A DNA stretch of 64,000 nucleotides from an uncultured Pseudomonadota bacterium. Its GTDB lineage: Bacteria > Myxococcota_A > Polyangia > Fen-1088. Within the stretch, counting starts at the first letter, position 1. Every line of letters begins with the position of its first letter. Shown here piece by piece: positions 48,940 through 58,409 of this stretch. The position numbers were made by a program, and so were the translations under genes. Location: NCBI GenBank assembly GCA_963847705.1, contig CAWKBC010000027.1:160001-224000 (forward strand), read 5' to 3'. Below the pieces are notes generated by a model. That model did not search any database, was not told the DNA's origin, and worked only from the letters and a program-made list of their open reading frames with translations.

Positions 48940-50769
48940 ATGCCCGTTCACGAGACCCACGAGCACGACGTTCTGATCATCGGCGCCGGCGGCGCCGGCC
49001 TGCGCGCGGCCATCGAGGCCTCGGCCGCCGGGGTGTCGGTCGGCCTGGTCTGCAAGTCGCTGCTCGGCAAGGCCCACACGGTCATGGCCGAGGGGGGGAT
49101 GGCGGCGGCGATGGCGCACGTCGACGATCGCGACAGCTGGAAGGTCCACTTCTCCGACACCATGCGCGGCGGGCAGTACCTCAACAACTGGCGGATGGCC
49201 GAGCTGCACGCCAAGGAGGCGCCCGACCGCGTGCGCGAGCTCGAGGCCTGGGGCGCGGTCTTCGATCGCACCAAGGACGGGCGCATCCTGCAGCGCAACT
49301 TCGGCGGCCACCGCTACCCGCGCCTGGCCCACGTCGGCGATCGCACCGGCCTGGAGATGATCCGCACGCTGCAAGACCACGGCGTCCATCAGGGCTTCAA
49401 GGTCTACATGGAGCACACCATCACCAAGCTGTTCGTCGACGCCGGGCGGATCGCCGGCGCCTTCGGCTACGACCGCGAGCGCGGCAACCTGCGCGTCTTC
49501 AAGGCCAAGGCGGTGGTGCTGGCCACCGGCGGCGTCGGCCGCGCCTTCAAGATCACCAGCAACAGCTGGGAGTACACCGGCGACGGCTACGCGCTGGCCT
49601 ACGACGCCGGCGCCGATCTGATGGACATGGAGTTCATCCAGTTCCACCCGACCGGGATGGTCTGGCCGCCGTCGGTGAAGGGAATCCTCGTCACCGAAGG
49701 GGTTCGCGGCGAAGGCGGCGTCCTGCGCAACAAGGACGGCAAGCGCTTCATGTTCGACGACATCCCGGAGAACTACAAAGCGCAGACGGCGGACAGCGAG
49801 GAAGAGGGCTGGAAGTACACCCAGGGGGACAAGAACTCGCGCCGCCCGCCCGAGCTCCTCACCCGCGACCACGTGGCGCGCAAGATCATGAACGAGGTGC
49901 GCGAGGGGCGCGGCAGCCCGCACGGCGGCGTCTTCCTCGACATCGCCTGGATCAAGGAGCGCCTCCCCAAGGGGGCCGAGCACATCAAGAAGAAGCTCCC
50001 CAGCATGTACCACCAGTTCAAGGAGCTGGCCGACATCGACATCACCGCGGTGCCGATGGAGGTCGGCCCGACCACCCACTACACGATGGGCGGCGTGCGC
50101 GTCGACGGCGATACACAGATGTCGACGGTCCCCGGCCTGTTCGCGGCGGGCGAGTGCGCGGCGGGCCTGCACGGCGCCAATCGCCTGGGCGGCAACTCGC
50201 TGTCGGACCTGCTGGTGTTCGGCAAGCGCGCCGGCGAGCACGCCGCCAAGTTCGCGCGCGAGCGCGCCGCCGCCAACATCGACCCGTCGGCGATCGAGGC
50301 CGCCGAGCGGATGGCGCTGGCGCCCTTCGAGCGGGCCGCCACCGCCACCGCCGGCGACGCCGAGGCGCCCTACAAGATTCAATACGAGCTGCAGGACCTG
50401 ATGCAGGACAACGTCGGCATCGTGCGCAACGAGGGGGACATCCGGAAGGCGCTGGAGGGGATCCAGGGGTTGAAGGCGCGCGCGGCCAAGGTCGCCAGCG
50501 TCGGCAACCGCGAGTACAACCCCGGCTGGCACACGGCGCTCGATCTGGCCAGCCTGCTGACCTGCGCCGAGGCGATCGCCAGCTCCGCCCTCGAGCGCAA
50601 GGAGAGCCGGGGCGGTCATTTCCGTGAGGACTTCCCGGAGAAGGATCCGAATTTCGCGACCTTCAACCACGTGGTGCGCAAGGGGGCAGGGGGCCGGCCC
50701 GAGCTGCGACGCGAGCCGATTTCACCGCTGCGCGACGATCTGAAGCAGGTCATCGAGGAGAACAAATAA
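48940..50769 (+). CDS. sdhA: Succinate dehydrogenase/fumarate reductase flavoprotein subunit
   Basis: IIGAGGAGLRAA, KAHTVMAEGG, QFHPT, TEGVRGEGG, HYTMGG, HGANRLGGNSL and ESRGGH. Confidence 0.95.
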   Translation: MPVHETHEHDVLIIGAGGAGLRAAIEASAAGVSVGLVCKSLLGKAHTVMAEGGMAAAMAHVDDRDSWKVHFSDTMRGGQYLNNWRMAELHAKEAPDRVRELEAWGAVFDRTKDGRILQRNFGGHRYPRLAHVGDRTGLEMIRTLQDHGVHQGFKVYMEHTITKLFVDAGRIAGAFGYDRERGNLRVFKAKAVVLATGGVGRAFKITSNSWEYTGDGYALAYDAGADLMDMEFIQFHPTGMVWPPSVKGILVTEGVRGEGGVLRNKDGKRFMFDDIPENYKAQTADSEEEGWKYTQGDKNSRRPPELLTRDHVARKIMNEVREGRGSPHGGVFLDIAWIKERLPKGAEHIKKKLPSMYHQFKELADIDITAVPMEVGPTTHYTMGGVRVDGDTQMSTVPGLFAAGECAAGLHGANRLGGNSLSDLLVFGKRAGEHAAKFARERAAANIDPSAIEAAERMALAPFERAATATAGDAEAPYKIQYELQDLMQDNVGIVRNEGDIRKALEGIQGLKARAAKVASVGNREYNPGWHTALDLASLLTCAEAIASSALERKESRGGHFREDFPEKDPNFATFNHVVRKGAGGRPELRREPISPLRDDLKQVIEENK

Positions 50770-51518
50770 TGTCCGAAGCGACGTCCGCGACTTTTCGGGT
50801 CTGGCGTGGCGAGAAGGGGGAGGGCGAGTTCCGCGATTACAAGACCCCGGTCTCCGAGGGGATGGTCGTCCTCGACGCCGTCCACCAGATCCAGGCCGAG
50901 CAGGCCAACGATCTGGCGGTGCGCTGGAACTGCAAGGCCGGCAAGTGCGGGTCGTGCTCGGCCGAGGTCAACGGCATGCCCAAGCTGATGTGCATGACGC
51001 GCCTGTCGGACCTGCCGCTCGACCAGCCGGTCACGGTGCAGCCGATGCAGACCTTCCCGTCGATCCGGGACCTCGTCACCGACGTGTCGTGGAACTTCCG
51101 GGTGAAGAAGGAGATCAAGCCCTTCAAGCCGCGCAAGCCCGACGCCCCCGACGGCACCTGGCGGATGCAGCAGGAAGACATCGAGCGCGTGCAGGAGTTC
51201 CGCAAGTGCATCGAGTGCTTCCTCTGCCAGGACGTCTGCCACGTCCTGCGCGATCACCACAAGCACGAGGAGTTCATCGGCCCGCGCTTCCTGGTGCACG
51301 TCGCCGCGCTGGAGATGCACCCGCTCGACACCGAGGACCGCGTCCCCGAGCTCAAGAAGGCGCACGGCATCGGCTACTGCAACATCACCAAGTGCTGCAC
51401 CAAGGTCTGCCCCGAGCACATCACCATCACCGACAACGCCATCATTCCGCTCAAGGAGCGGGTGGTCGACCGGTTCTACGATCCGGTGGCGCGCCTCTTG
51501 CGCAAGCTCAAGCCGTAA
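50769..51518 (+). CDS. sdhB: Succinate dehydrogenase iron-sulfur subunit
   Basis: CKAGKCGSC, CIECFLCQDVC and CNITKCCTKVCP. Confidence 0.95.
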   Translation: MSEATSATFRVWRGEKGEGEFRDYKTPVSEGMVVLDAVHQIQAEQANDLAVRWNCKAGKCGSCSAEVNGMPKLMCMTRLSDLPLDQPVTVQPMQTFPSIRDLVTDVSWNFRVKKEIKPFKPRKPDAPDGTWRMQQEDIERVQEFRKCIECFLCQDVCHVLRDHHKHEEFIGPRFLVHVAALEMHPLDTEDRVPELKKAHGIGYCNITKCCTKVCPEHITITDNAIIPLKERVVDRFYDPVARLLRKLKP

Positions 51519-51592
51519 CGGCCCGCCCGCAGCGCGGTCAGCCTCGCCGCAGCCCATCGCGGGAGGCGCGGGATCGTTTGAGCGTGACGAGC

Positions 51593-52180
51593 TCAGTTGC
51601 CGGAAGGTGCGTCGGCGCCGGCGTCGCGCGCGCCGCTGTCACCGGCGTCGGCGCCTCCGTCGTGGAGGATGAAGATCGCGTCGTACTCGCGGTTACCGCC
51701 GTCGATGGTGGCGTAGATTCCACCGCCGGCCGGGTGGTCGGGGATGATGTACGTCGACGGGCCGAGCACCGGGTAGCCCTTGCAGCAGGTCCCCGGCGCG
51801 CTGGTGCGCGCCCCGAACTCGAGCTGGATGACCTCCGAGGGGCGCCCGTCGGTGTAGGGATCGAATTGCACCAGGACGTCGCAGCGGCCGGGACCCACTC
51901 CCGTGACGGTGGTGTGGGTGCAGTAGGTGGTGCTCTCATCGCCGGTGCAGAGGACCGCAGAGGCCGGGGGGCAGGCCGGTCCGTTGACGTCGAAGCCGAT
52001 CGACAGCTCGGCGTCGTCGTTCGACCCGATGTAGACGGTGGCGGCTGGGCAGTTGCTGGCGCAGTTGCTGGCGCAGCCGTGCTGCGCGGTGAAGACGGCC
52101 AGCAGAAATCCGACGAGCGCGGAGGCGGTCAGCGACGAGAACAGCTTAAGCGACGAGAAAGGCTTCCAAAAAGGCTTCAT
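51593..52180 (-). CDS. Cys-rich exported/lipoprotein
   Basis: Hydrophobic signal ending HGC, many Cys residues and a DAG-rich tail. Confidence 0.6.
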   Translation of the reverse strand: MKPFWKPFSSLKLFSSLTASALVGFLLAVFTAQHGCASNCASNCPAATVYIGSNDDAELSIGFDVNGPACPPASAVLCTGDESTTYCTHTTVTGVGPGRCDVLVQFDPYTDGRPSEVIQLEFGARTSAPGTCCKGYPVLGPSTYIIPDHPAGGGIYATIDGGNREYDAIFILHDGGADAGDSGARDAGADAPSGN

Positions 52181-52324
52181 GATTGGCGGCGGATCATATC
52201 TCCGGAAGTGACCGCGCGAGACTAATTCACCCCGCGCCCAAAAGCCGGTGACCGGGCACACGGCTCGTTTCTTTTGGGCGGCGGCTTGGTCTATGCTCGC
52301 CGCCCTCGGAGGGGCAAAAGGAAA

Positions 52325-53527
52325 ATGACGCGTCTCAATTCGTTGGTTCTTGGTCTCGGTCTCGGTCTCGGTCTGGGCGCGATGTCGTGCGCCGGCTCCG
52401 GTGCGGCGTCGATGAAGCCGGTTCCGGTGGTGCCGGCCACCACGCCCCACGCGCCCGACGTGAATCCGTTCGTCGGCGCGAAGATGTATGTGAACCCCGA
52501 ATATCATGCCACGGTCGAGGCGCTGGCGGCCAAGCACCCGGCCGAGGCGGCGAAGCTGAAGAAGCTGGCCGCCTTCCCGACGGCGATCTGGTTCAGCAAG
52601 ATCGCCGACCTGGGGACGTTGCCGCACACGCTCGACGACGCGATGGCGCAGCAGACCGCGGGCGGCCAGCCGGTGGTGCCGGTGTTCGTCGTCTACAACA
52701 TGCCGGGGCGCGATTGCGCCGCCGCCGCCTCGGCCGGCGAGCTCGGCCCGAACGACGCGGGGGAAGCGCGCTACCAGAAGGAGTACATCGACGTCATCGC
52801 TGCGGCCCTGGCGGCGCACCCCAAGCTGAACACGGCCCTGATCGTCGAGCCAGATTCGCTGGCCAACCTGGTGACCAACCTCGAGAAGCCCAACTGCGCG
52901 GCGGCCGAGGGGATCTACAAGCGCGCCATCGCCTACGCGATCGCCAAGCTCTCGCTTCCGAACGCCTTCCTCTACGTCGACGCTGCGCACGCCGGCTGGC
53001 TCGGCTGGCCGCGCAACCTGGTGAAGAGCCTGGCCGTCTACAAAGAGGTGCTGGCGATGGCGGGCGGCCCGGAGCGCATCCGCGGCTTCGCCACCGACGT
53101 CTCGAACTACGACCCCTCCAAGGACCCCACCGCGCCCAAGCGCGATCCGGCCGCCGCGCCCAACGACGAGCTCGGCTACGTCGAGGATCTGGCGAAGGGG
53201 TTGCCGACGGTGGGGATCACGGGCAAGGGGTTCGTGATCGACACCGGCCGCGACGGCGTCGCCAACGTGCGGACCTCGCCGGGCAACTGGTGCAACATCA
53301 AGGGCGCGGGTCTGGGTGAGCGCCCGCAGGCCGCCCCGGCGCCCAACGTCGACGCCTATCTCTGGATCAAGGTCCCCGGCGAGTCTGACGGAACCGCCGA
53401 CGCCAAGGCGGCGCGGTTCGACGAGAACTGCGTCTCCGACGACGCCTCTCCCGGCGCCCCCGAGGCCGGTCTCCTGTTCGAGCCGTATCTGCTCGACCTC
53501 GTCAAGAACGCGAATCCGCCTCTCTAG
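52325..53527 (+). CDS. Glycoside hydrolase family 6 (cellobiohydrolase-like) lipoprotein
   Basis: YNMPGRDC, IVEPDSLANLVTN, DAAHAGWLGW, IDTGR, NWCN and WIKVPGESDG. Confidence 0.93.
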   Translation: MTRLNSLVLGLGLGLGLGAMSCAGSGAASMKPVPVVPATTPHAPDVNPFVGAKMYVNPEYHATVEALAAKHPAEAAKLKKLAAFPTAIWFSKIADLGTLPHTLDDAMAQQTAGGQPVVPVFVVYNMPGRDCAAAASAGELGPNDAGEARYQKEYIDVIAAALAAHPKLNTALIVEPDSLANLVTNLEKPNCAAAEGIYKRAIAYAIAKLSLPNAFLYVDAAHAGWLGWPRNLVKSLAVYKEVLAMAGGPERIRGFATDVSNYDPSKDPTAPKRDPAAAPNDELGYVEDLAKGLPTVGITGKGFVIDTGRDGVANVRTSPGNWCNIKGAGLGERPQAAPAPNVDAYLWIKVPGESDGTADAKAARFDENCVSDDASPGAPEAGLLFEPYLLDLVKNANPPL

Positions 53528-53600
53528 GCGACGGAGTTTTGCAGAGCCCGTGAGCGCGTCCGCGCGCGCGGAGTGACAGGTTCGCGTAGGCTGCGCGCCG

Positions 53601-54890
53601 ATGCGACGGCAGTCGTTCTCGGCGCTCGCCGTTCTTCTCGCGCTGGGCGCGGCGACCACGGCGCGTGGCCAGTCGGCGCCGTCGGACCAGTCGGCGCCCG
53701 GCGCTCCGGCGCCGCCGCAGTGGACGCCGGCGGCGCGGCTGTCGCTGGTGGTCGATGCGCGCGGCGAGCTCGGTCAGGGGAGCGTCAAGGGGATCGACCT
53801 CGGGCTGGTGGGCGCCGGGATCGAATGGCGCGCCACCCCGACGCTGCGCCTGCAGGCCAGCGCGCTCTTGCTGGGCGCCACCGGAAGCGATGAGGTGGGC
53901 GAGGCCGCCAGCGGTGGCGCCGGCGGTGAGCTGGCGATGCGCCTGCTTCCGTTTCCGCGCGGTCCCCTGCGTCCCTACCTGCGCGCCTCGGGAGGGTTGC
54001 TGCTGTTCCTGCGGCATCCGTTTCTTCCCGGCGGCGACGCCTACGATTTCATCCTGCAGCTGGGGGCCGGCCTGGAGGTGCCGCTCGGCGCGCGGCTGTC
54101 GCTGTTCGCCGATCTGCACGCGGTTCATCTCTCGAACGGGCAGGGGCTCGGCCCCTTCAACCCGGCGTTCACCGGCGAAGGCGGGTTGATCGGCGCGGCG
54201 TACGCCCTGGCGGCGCCTGGACCCGCCGAAGCGCCCGCGCCGGTCGCGACCGTCGACGAGGCGCGGCCGGACTGGCGCCCGGGCGCGACGTTCGACGCCG
54301 GGGCCGGGCAGGCGGCCGGCGCGACGGAGTGGGCCGTGCGCGATCGCGTCGCCCAGAAGCTGACGCGGCACACGCTGGCGCTGATGGACATCGAATCGGG
54401 GATGGTCGATGCGGCGCACTTCGTCGAGGCGGGGCTCGATCTGGCCGGCCACTGGACCTTCGTGTCGGCGGGCGTCCACAGCGGGTACCGGCACCTCGCC
54501 GGCAGCGGGACCTTCGTCGAGTCGGCGCAGGTCGAGGCTGTGCTCAGCCGCGAGGCCTCGCTGGTGCTGGTGGGGCAGCTGGACCTCCCGCGCTCCGCGC
54601 CGGACGCCCTGGTCACCGCCGCGGTCCTGCGGCTGTTCCCCCTCGAGACCCTGCTGCTCGAGCTCGGCGGTGGCGTCAGGCACGTCGGCGGGCCATCGGC
54701 CGGCGATGCGTTCAGCCCCTATCTGGCGGTCGATTGGCAGCTCCCGTTCGGCGTGCGGACCTGGCAGGCCTCGCTGTTCATCGAGCGCCAGCTCGACGAG
54801 CTCCAGATCGCCGGCGCGCGCATCTCCTGGGACATGGGGCGCACGCTCTACAATCTGGTTCGCCGCACCGGGTGGCGTCGCCTGCGCTAG
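53601..54890 (+). CDS. Outer-membrane protein with an N-terminal PagL/acyloxyacyl hydrolase-like barrel and a second barrel-like region
   Basis: Signal peptide, F.LQLGAG and HLSNG (PagL-type His-Ser motif). Confidence 0.6.
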   Translation: MRRQSFSALAVLLALGAATTARGQSAPSDQSAPGAPAPPQWTPAARLSLVVDARGELGQGSVKGIDLGLVGAGIEWRATPTLRLQASALLLGATGSDEVGEAASGGAGGELAMRLLPFPRGPLRPYLRASGGLLLFLRHPFLPGGDAYDFILQLGAGLEVPLGARLSLFADLHAVHLSNGQGLGPFNPAFTGEGGLIGAAYALAAPGPAEAPAPVATVDEARPDWRPGATFDAGAGQAAGATEWAVRDRVAQKLTRHTLALMDIESGMVDAAHFVEAGLDLAGHWTFVSAGVHSGYRHLAGSGTFVESAQVEAVLSREASLVLVGQLDLPRSAPDALVTAAVLRLFPLETLLLELGGGVRHVGGPSAGDAFSPYLAVDWQLPFGVRTWQASLFIERQLDELQIAGARISWDMGRTLYNLVRRTGWRRLR

Positions 54891-55894
54891 ACCGCTTTCA
54901 AATTGACCCGAGGGAATAGCCGGCGAAGGTGAGCCAGGCTCTGACGTCGGCGTTGGAGATGGTGGTCATGGCGAAGGCGACGGCGTCGTCGAAGGCCTCG
55001 CGGGAGAGCGTGGGCAAGCGTCGGAGGAGGTCCTTGAGCTTGGCCCATGCCTTCTCGATGGGGTTGTACTCGGGGGAGTACGGCGGAAGGAAGAGGGCCT
55101 CCGCGCCAGCGGCGCGTATCGCCGCGAGGGCCGCCGGGCCCTTGTGGACGCCCAGGTTGTCCATCACGACGATGTCGCCGGGCCGCAGGTTCGGGACGAG
55201 CTGCTGCTGGACGTAGGCCAGAAAAACGTCGCCGTCGGTGGGTGCGTCAATCGTCACGAAGCCGCGCCAGCCATCGAGAGCAAGAGCTCCGATCATCGTC
55301 ATCGTGCACCAGTCCCCGTGTGTCGCTTTTCCCGGTGCTTTCTCACCGATCGGCGCCCAGCCGTAGTTCTGGGGCGTCCCCAATCGGAAGCCGGACTCGT
55401 CGAGAAAAATCAGCCTCGTCGGGTCGAGCTGGTGCTGCTGAGCGACGAAGGTCGCCCGCTTCGCTTGGACGTCCCAGCGGTCTTGTTCGCGGGCGACCAC
55501 TGCTTTTTTTATGAGTCCATCCGCAGGCGCGGACCGCCAACCACATCGTCCCCAGACTCACCCGTTTCCCCGCGTGCTCCTGCCACGCAGCGATGCGGTC
55601 AATGAGTCGCCCATCCGGATTCGCTGCCAGGTGCTCCCGCAGCCATCCCAGGTCGATCTCTCGCTTCCGGTTTCCGCCTCTCGGCTTGTGCTGGACGTCG
55701 CCCGTCTCTCGCTGTCGTCGCAAGAGACGACTCACCGTCGCCTCGCCCACTCCGAACAGTGCCGCCGTCGCCGCGTAGGAACCGCTCTTCTTCGAGCGAT
55801 ACGCCGCTACCAGGCGCCTCCGAAGATCGATCGATGTTTCCGCCATCCCGATGTTTGATCACGCCTGATCGATCGGGTCAATTCAAAAGCGGTC
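54890..55894 (-). mobile_element. IS630-family insertion sequence, complete, with TA target duplication
   Basis: Terminal IRs GACCGCTTT(CA/TG)AATTGACCCGA at both ends, flanked by TA at 54888-89 and 55895-96 (CTAG target). Confidence 0.93.
54898..55846 (-). CDS. IS630 transposase (HTH orfA + DDE orfB joined by a -1 frameshift)
   Basis: orfA has SIDLRRR...HTH; orfB has FLDESG, VMDNL..HK and LPPYSPEYNPIE. Slippery AAAAAAAG at 55510-55503. Confidence 0.9.
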
Positions 55895-55924
55895 TAGGCG
55901 CGGCGCGACGCCGTCGCCCGCCGC

Positions 55925-56410
55925 TCACGAATAAAGCGGGAGCGCCCAGGTCGATGTCGGCGTGGGCTTCGACTTCGGCCCATCCCAGGCGCCCGGCTGG
56001 ATGCCGAACCGCGACAGACAGGTGTCGAGGTGGCAGGCATGATCCTCGATGATCTGACACTTCTCGTCGTGGCAGAGGCCGGTGCAGGGTCCGTCGATCA
56101 GCGCCAGCACGGTCGCCCGGAACAGCAGGACCTTGCGCCGTTGTTCGATGGGAAGATCGTGGTAGTCGACCTTGAACATCGCGCCCGGAGAATCGAGCGG
56201 CTTCGTCTGCCGCGTCCAGACCTCGTGGAGGCGCGCACCGCTGCTCGCCGCGCCGCACAGCACCGCCTCCACGCCGGCCAGCGCCTCCTCGCGCTCCTGG
56301 GGTGAAGCCTCGTCCCAATCGGGCAACCCGTACTCGCCCAGCGCCCGCGCGTAGACCCGGCGCGCCTCGTAGGCGATGCGCGCGATGGCGGATGGCGCGA
56401 CGACGCTCAT
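55925..56410 (-). CDS. RyR-domain-like (phage-type) small protein with a Cys/His tail
   Basis: IARIAYEA.R.Y..ALG....PDW..A....HEVW...VDYHDLPIEQRRK..LFRA.V resembles phage RyR-domain proteins. Confidence 0.55.
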   Translation of the reverse strand: MSVVAPSAIARIAYEARRVYARALGEYGLPDWDEASPQEREEALAGVEAVLCGAASSGARLHEVWTRQTKPLDSPGAMFKVDYHDLPIEQRRKVLLFRATVLALIDGPCTGLCHDEKCQIIEDHACHLDTCLSRFGIQPGAWDGPKSKPTPTSTWALPLYS

Positions 56411-56784
56411 TGCAGCGCCCACAGGTTGCCGGTTTCGCTCATGCGGGCGTGCCACAGAACGAACGAGGGGCCACCGGCGGCCACGGCGCACAGCTCCTGC
56501 TTCGCGCCCACCTCGACATGCGCGCTCCTCGTCACCCACTGCGCGAAGGGGGTGAGGTGGCAATCGCGATCGTCGCCGTGGACCCGGTCGACCAGGAAGA
56601 GCTTCACGCCGTGCGGGCCGTCCACGCTGGTGTGGACGCTCTCCGCGGGGCCCGCGACCAGCATGCGCCCGCCGTCGCCCACCTGCGCCGAGCCGCGCAG
56701 CTCGTTCGGCTGGCTGCGGCCGCTCGAACCGTGCGCGCACCCGGCCGCCATCGCCAGCCCCAACACCATCAACTTCAACTTCAT
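56407..56784 (-). CDS. Small lipoprotein
   Basis: MKLKLMVLGLAMAAGC lipobox and SD AAGGAG. The stop overlaps the next ATG. Confidence 0.65.
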   Translation of the reverse strand: MKLKLMVLGLAMAAGCAHGSSGRSQPNELRGSAQVGDGGRMLVAGPAESVHTSVDGPHGVKLFLVDRVHGDDRDCHLTPFAQWVTRSAHVEVGAKQELCAVAAGGPSFVLWHARMSETGNLWALQ

Positions 56785-57001
56785 GATCCGCTCCTTTGTC
56801 TCGTCGGTTTTCATCTCGGGTTCGCATCCATTACGGAGCGGGCGAAGAAAGATTTCTCGCGCGGGCAAAAAAAAGAATCGCAGCTTGCGAAGCGTGCGCG
56901 GCCTACCCAGCGTGCGCCGGGCACGTCGTCGGCGCAGCGTGCGATTGAACAATTTTTTGCTCCTTGAGAAACTGCCGGCGGCCACGGCCGTAGGGGAGAG
57001 C

Positions 57002-57619
57002 ATGCTGAGCAAAGCTGAGGTGGTGGCCGGGGCGGGGGGCATGAGCGCCGACGAGGCGATGAGTCAGTACGCCCAGGGGGACGCGGCGGCGTTCGAGATC
57101 GTCTATGAAGTGGTGGCGCCCCGCATCGAGGGGTACGTGCGCCGCAAGGTGCGCGACAGCGCGCGGGTCGAGGACATCGTCCAGCAGACCTTCGAGAATA
57201 TGCACCGGGCGCGGGGCCGCTTCATTCCCGGGTCGGACGTCCTCAACTGGGCCTTCGCCATCGCGCGCAATCTGGTGATCGACACCGGGAAGAAGGCGGG
57301 GCGCGAGTCGTCCGCCGACATGAGCGAGGAGAACGACACGATGGGGGCCGTCCTGGCGGCCGCCGTCGCCGGCGGCGAGGAGCTGTTCTTCGCGCGCGAG
57401 ACCGGCGCGCTGCTGGTGCGCAGCTTCGGGCGGCTCAGCAAGCTGCAACAGGAGGTGTTCGAGCTGGTGAAGCTGGAGGGGCTGTCGTACCAGCAGGCGG
57501 CGGCCACCCTGGGGATCACCGTTCCCAGCGTCCGGATGTACGCCCATCGCGCGTACCTCGCCTTGCGCGAGGCAGCCGGCGGCGAGCGAATGCCTGATGC
57601 ACCTGTGGTCACTGCCTGA
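57002..57619 (+). CDS. ECF RNA polymerase sigma factor
   Basis: GDAAAF, EDIVQQTF, WAFAIARN and EGLSYQQAA..LG.....V....HRAY..LR. Confidence 0.9.
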   Translation: MLSKAEVVAGAGGMSADEAMSQYAQGDAAAFEIVYEVVAPRIEGYVRRKVRDSARVEDIVQQTFENMHRARGRFIPGSDVLNWAFAIARNLVIDTGKKAGRESSADMSEENDTMGAVLAAAVAGGEELFFARETGALLVRSFGRLSKLQQEVFELVKLEGLSYQQAAATLGITVPSVRMYAHRAYLALREAAGGERMPDAPVVTA

Positions 57620-57651
57620 GCTGTTACATTTCTCCATCCGAAGGAATCCCC

Positions 57652-58305
57652 ATGCCCCTCTCTCCTGATTTCAAGCGCCGTGTGCTCGCCTCGGTGCGCG
57701 ACGTTCCGGCACCGACGCGCAAAGAGACCTTGCAGCGTCAGGCCTGGCTGGTGGCCGCCGGCCTGACCGGCGCGCTGCTGCTGTTCTGGAGGCAGGGGGG
57801 CGTGCGCGCGACGTCGCGGCCGCCCTCGCTCATCGCGCTCACCAGCGTCGGCACGGCGATCTTCGTGGGGGTCGGCATGTGGCTGCTGTTCACCCGCGGC
57901 CCCACGGGGCTGCGCCGCCCCCGCACGGTGCTGCTGGGCGCTGCGATCCTTTCGGCCGCGGGCTTCGTCACCTGGCGCTACGGCATCAGCTCGCTCTATG
58001 GCCGCGCCGGCGCCTGGCCGGGGCGCGTCGGTCTGCGGTGCCTGGTGCTCAGCGTGGGGACGGGGGGACTGATGCTCTTCGCCGCGCTGATGTCCTGGCG
58101 CCGGAGCGATCCCATCACCCCGCGCGCCACCGGCGCCGCCTTCGGGGCCGGCGCCGGCCTGGGCAGCGCGCTCCTGGTCGATCTCTGGTGCCCGGTCGGG
58201 TACGTGCCGCACCTGCTGCTCGGCCACGTCCTGCCCATCGCCATCCTCGCCGTGGCCGGCGGGCTCATTGGTGATCGCGTCCTCAGCATCGTCCGCCGGC
58301 GCTGA
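57652..58305 (+). CDS. NrsF/DUF1109-type membrane anti-sigma factor
   Basis: Several TM helices, a Cys after TM3, P..TGA..G, LWCP and H.LLGHVLP. Follows the ECF sigma gene. Confidence 0.75.
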   Translation: MPLSPDFKRRVLASVRDVPAPTRKETLQRQAWLVAAGLTGALLLFWRQGGVRATSRPPSLIALTSVGTAIFVGVGMWLLFTRGPTGLRRPRTVLLGAAILSAAGFVTWRYGISSLYGRAGAWPGRVGLRCLVLSVGTGGLMLFAALMSWRRSDPITPRATGAAFGAGAGLGSALLVDLWCPVGYVPHLLLGHVLPIAILAVAGGLIGDRVLSIVRRR

Positions 58306-58340
58306 GCCGGTCCAGCTGAGCCGGTCCAGCTGAGCCGGTC
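58301..58340. repeat. 14-bp tandem repeat, about 3 copies, over a stop codon
   Basis: GCTGAGCCGGTCCA x2.9. Confidence 0.8.
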
Positions 58341-58409
58341 GTCGAGGCTTGCCGATACGGCCGAGCCGGAGCCGGGCCGGTCGCTGTTTGAGGCACGCGC
58401 CGCAGGTTG

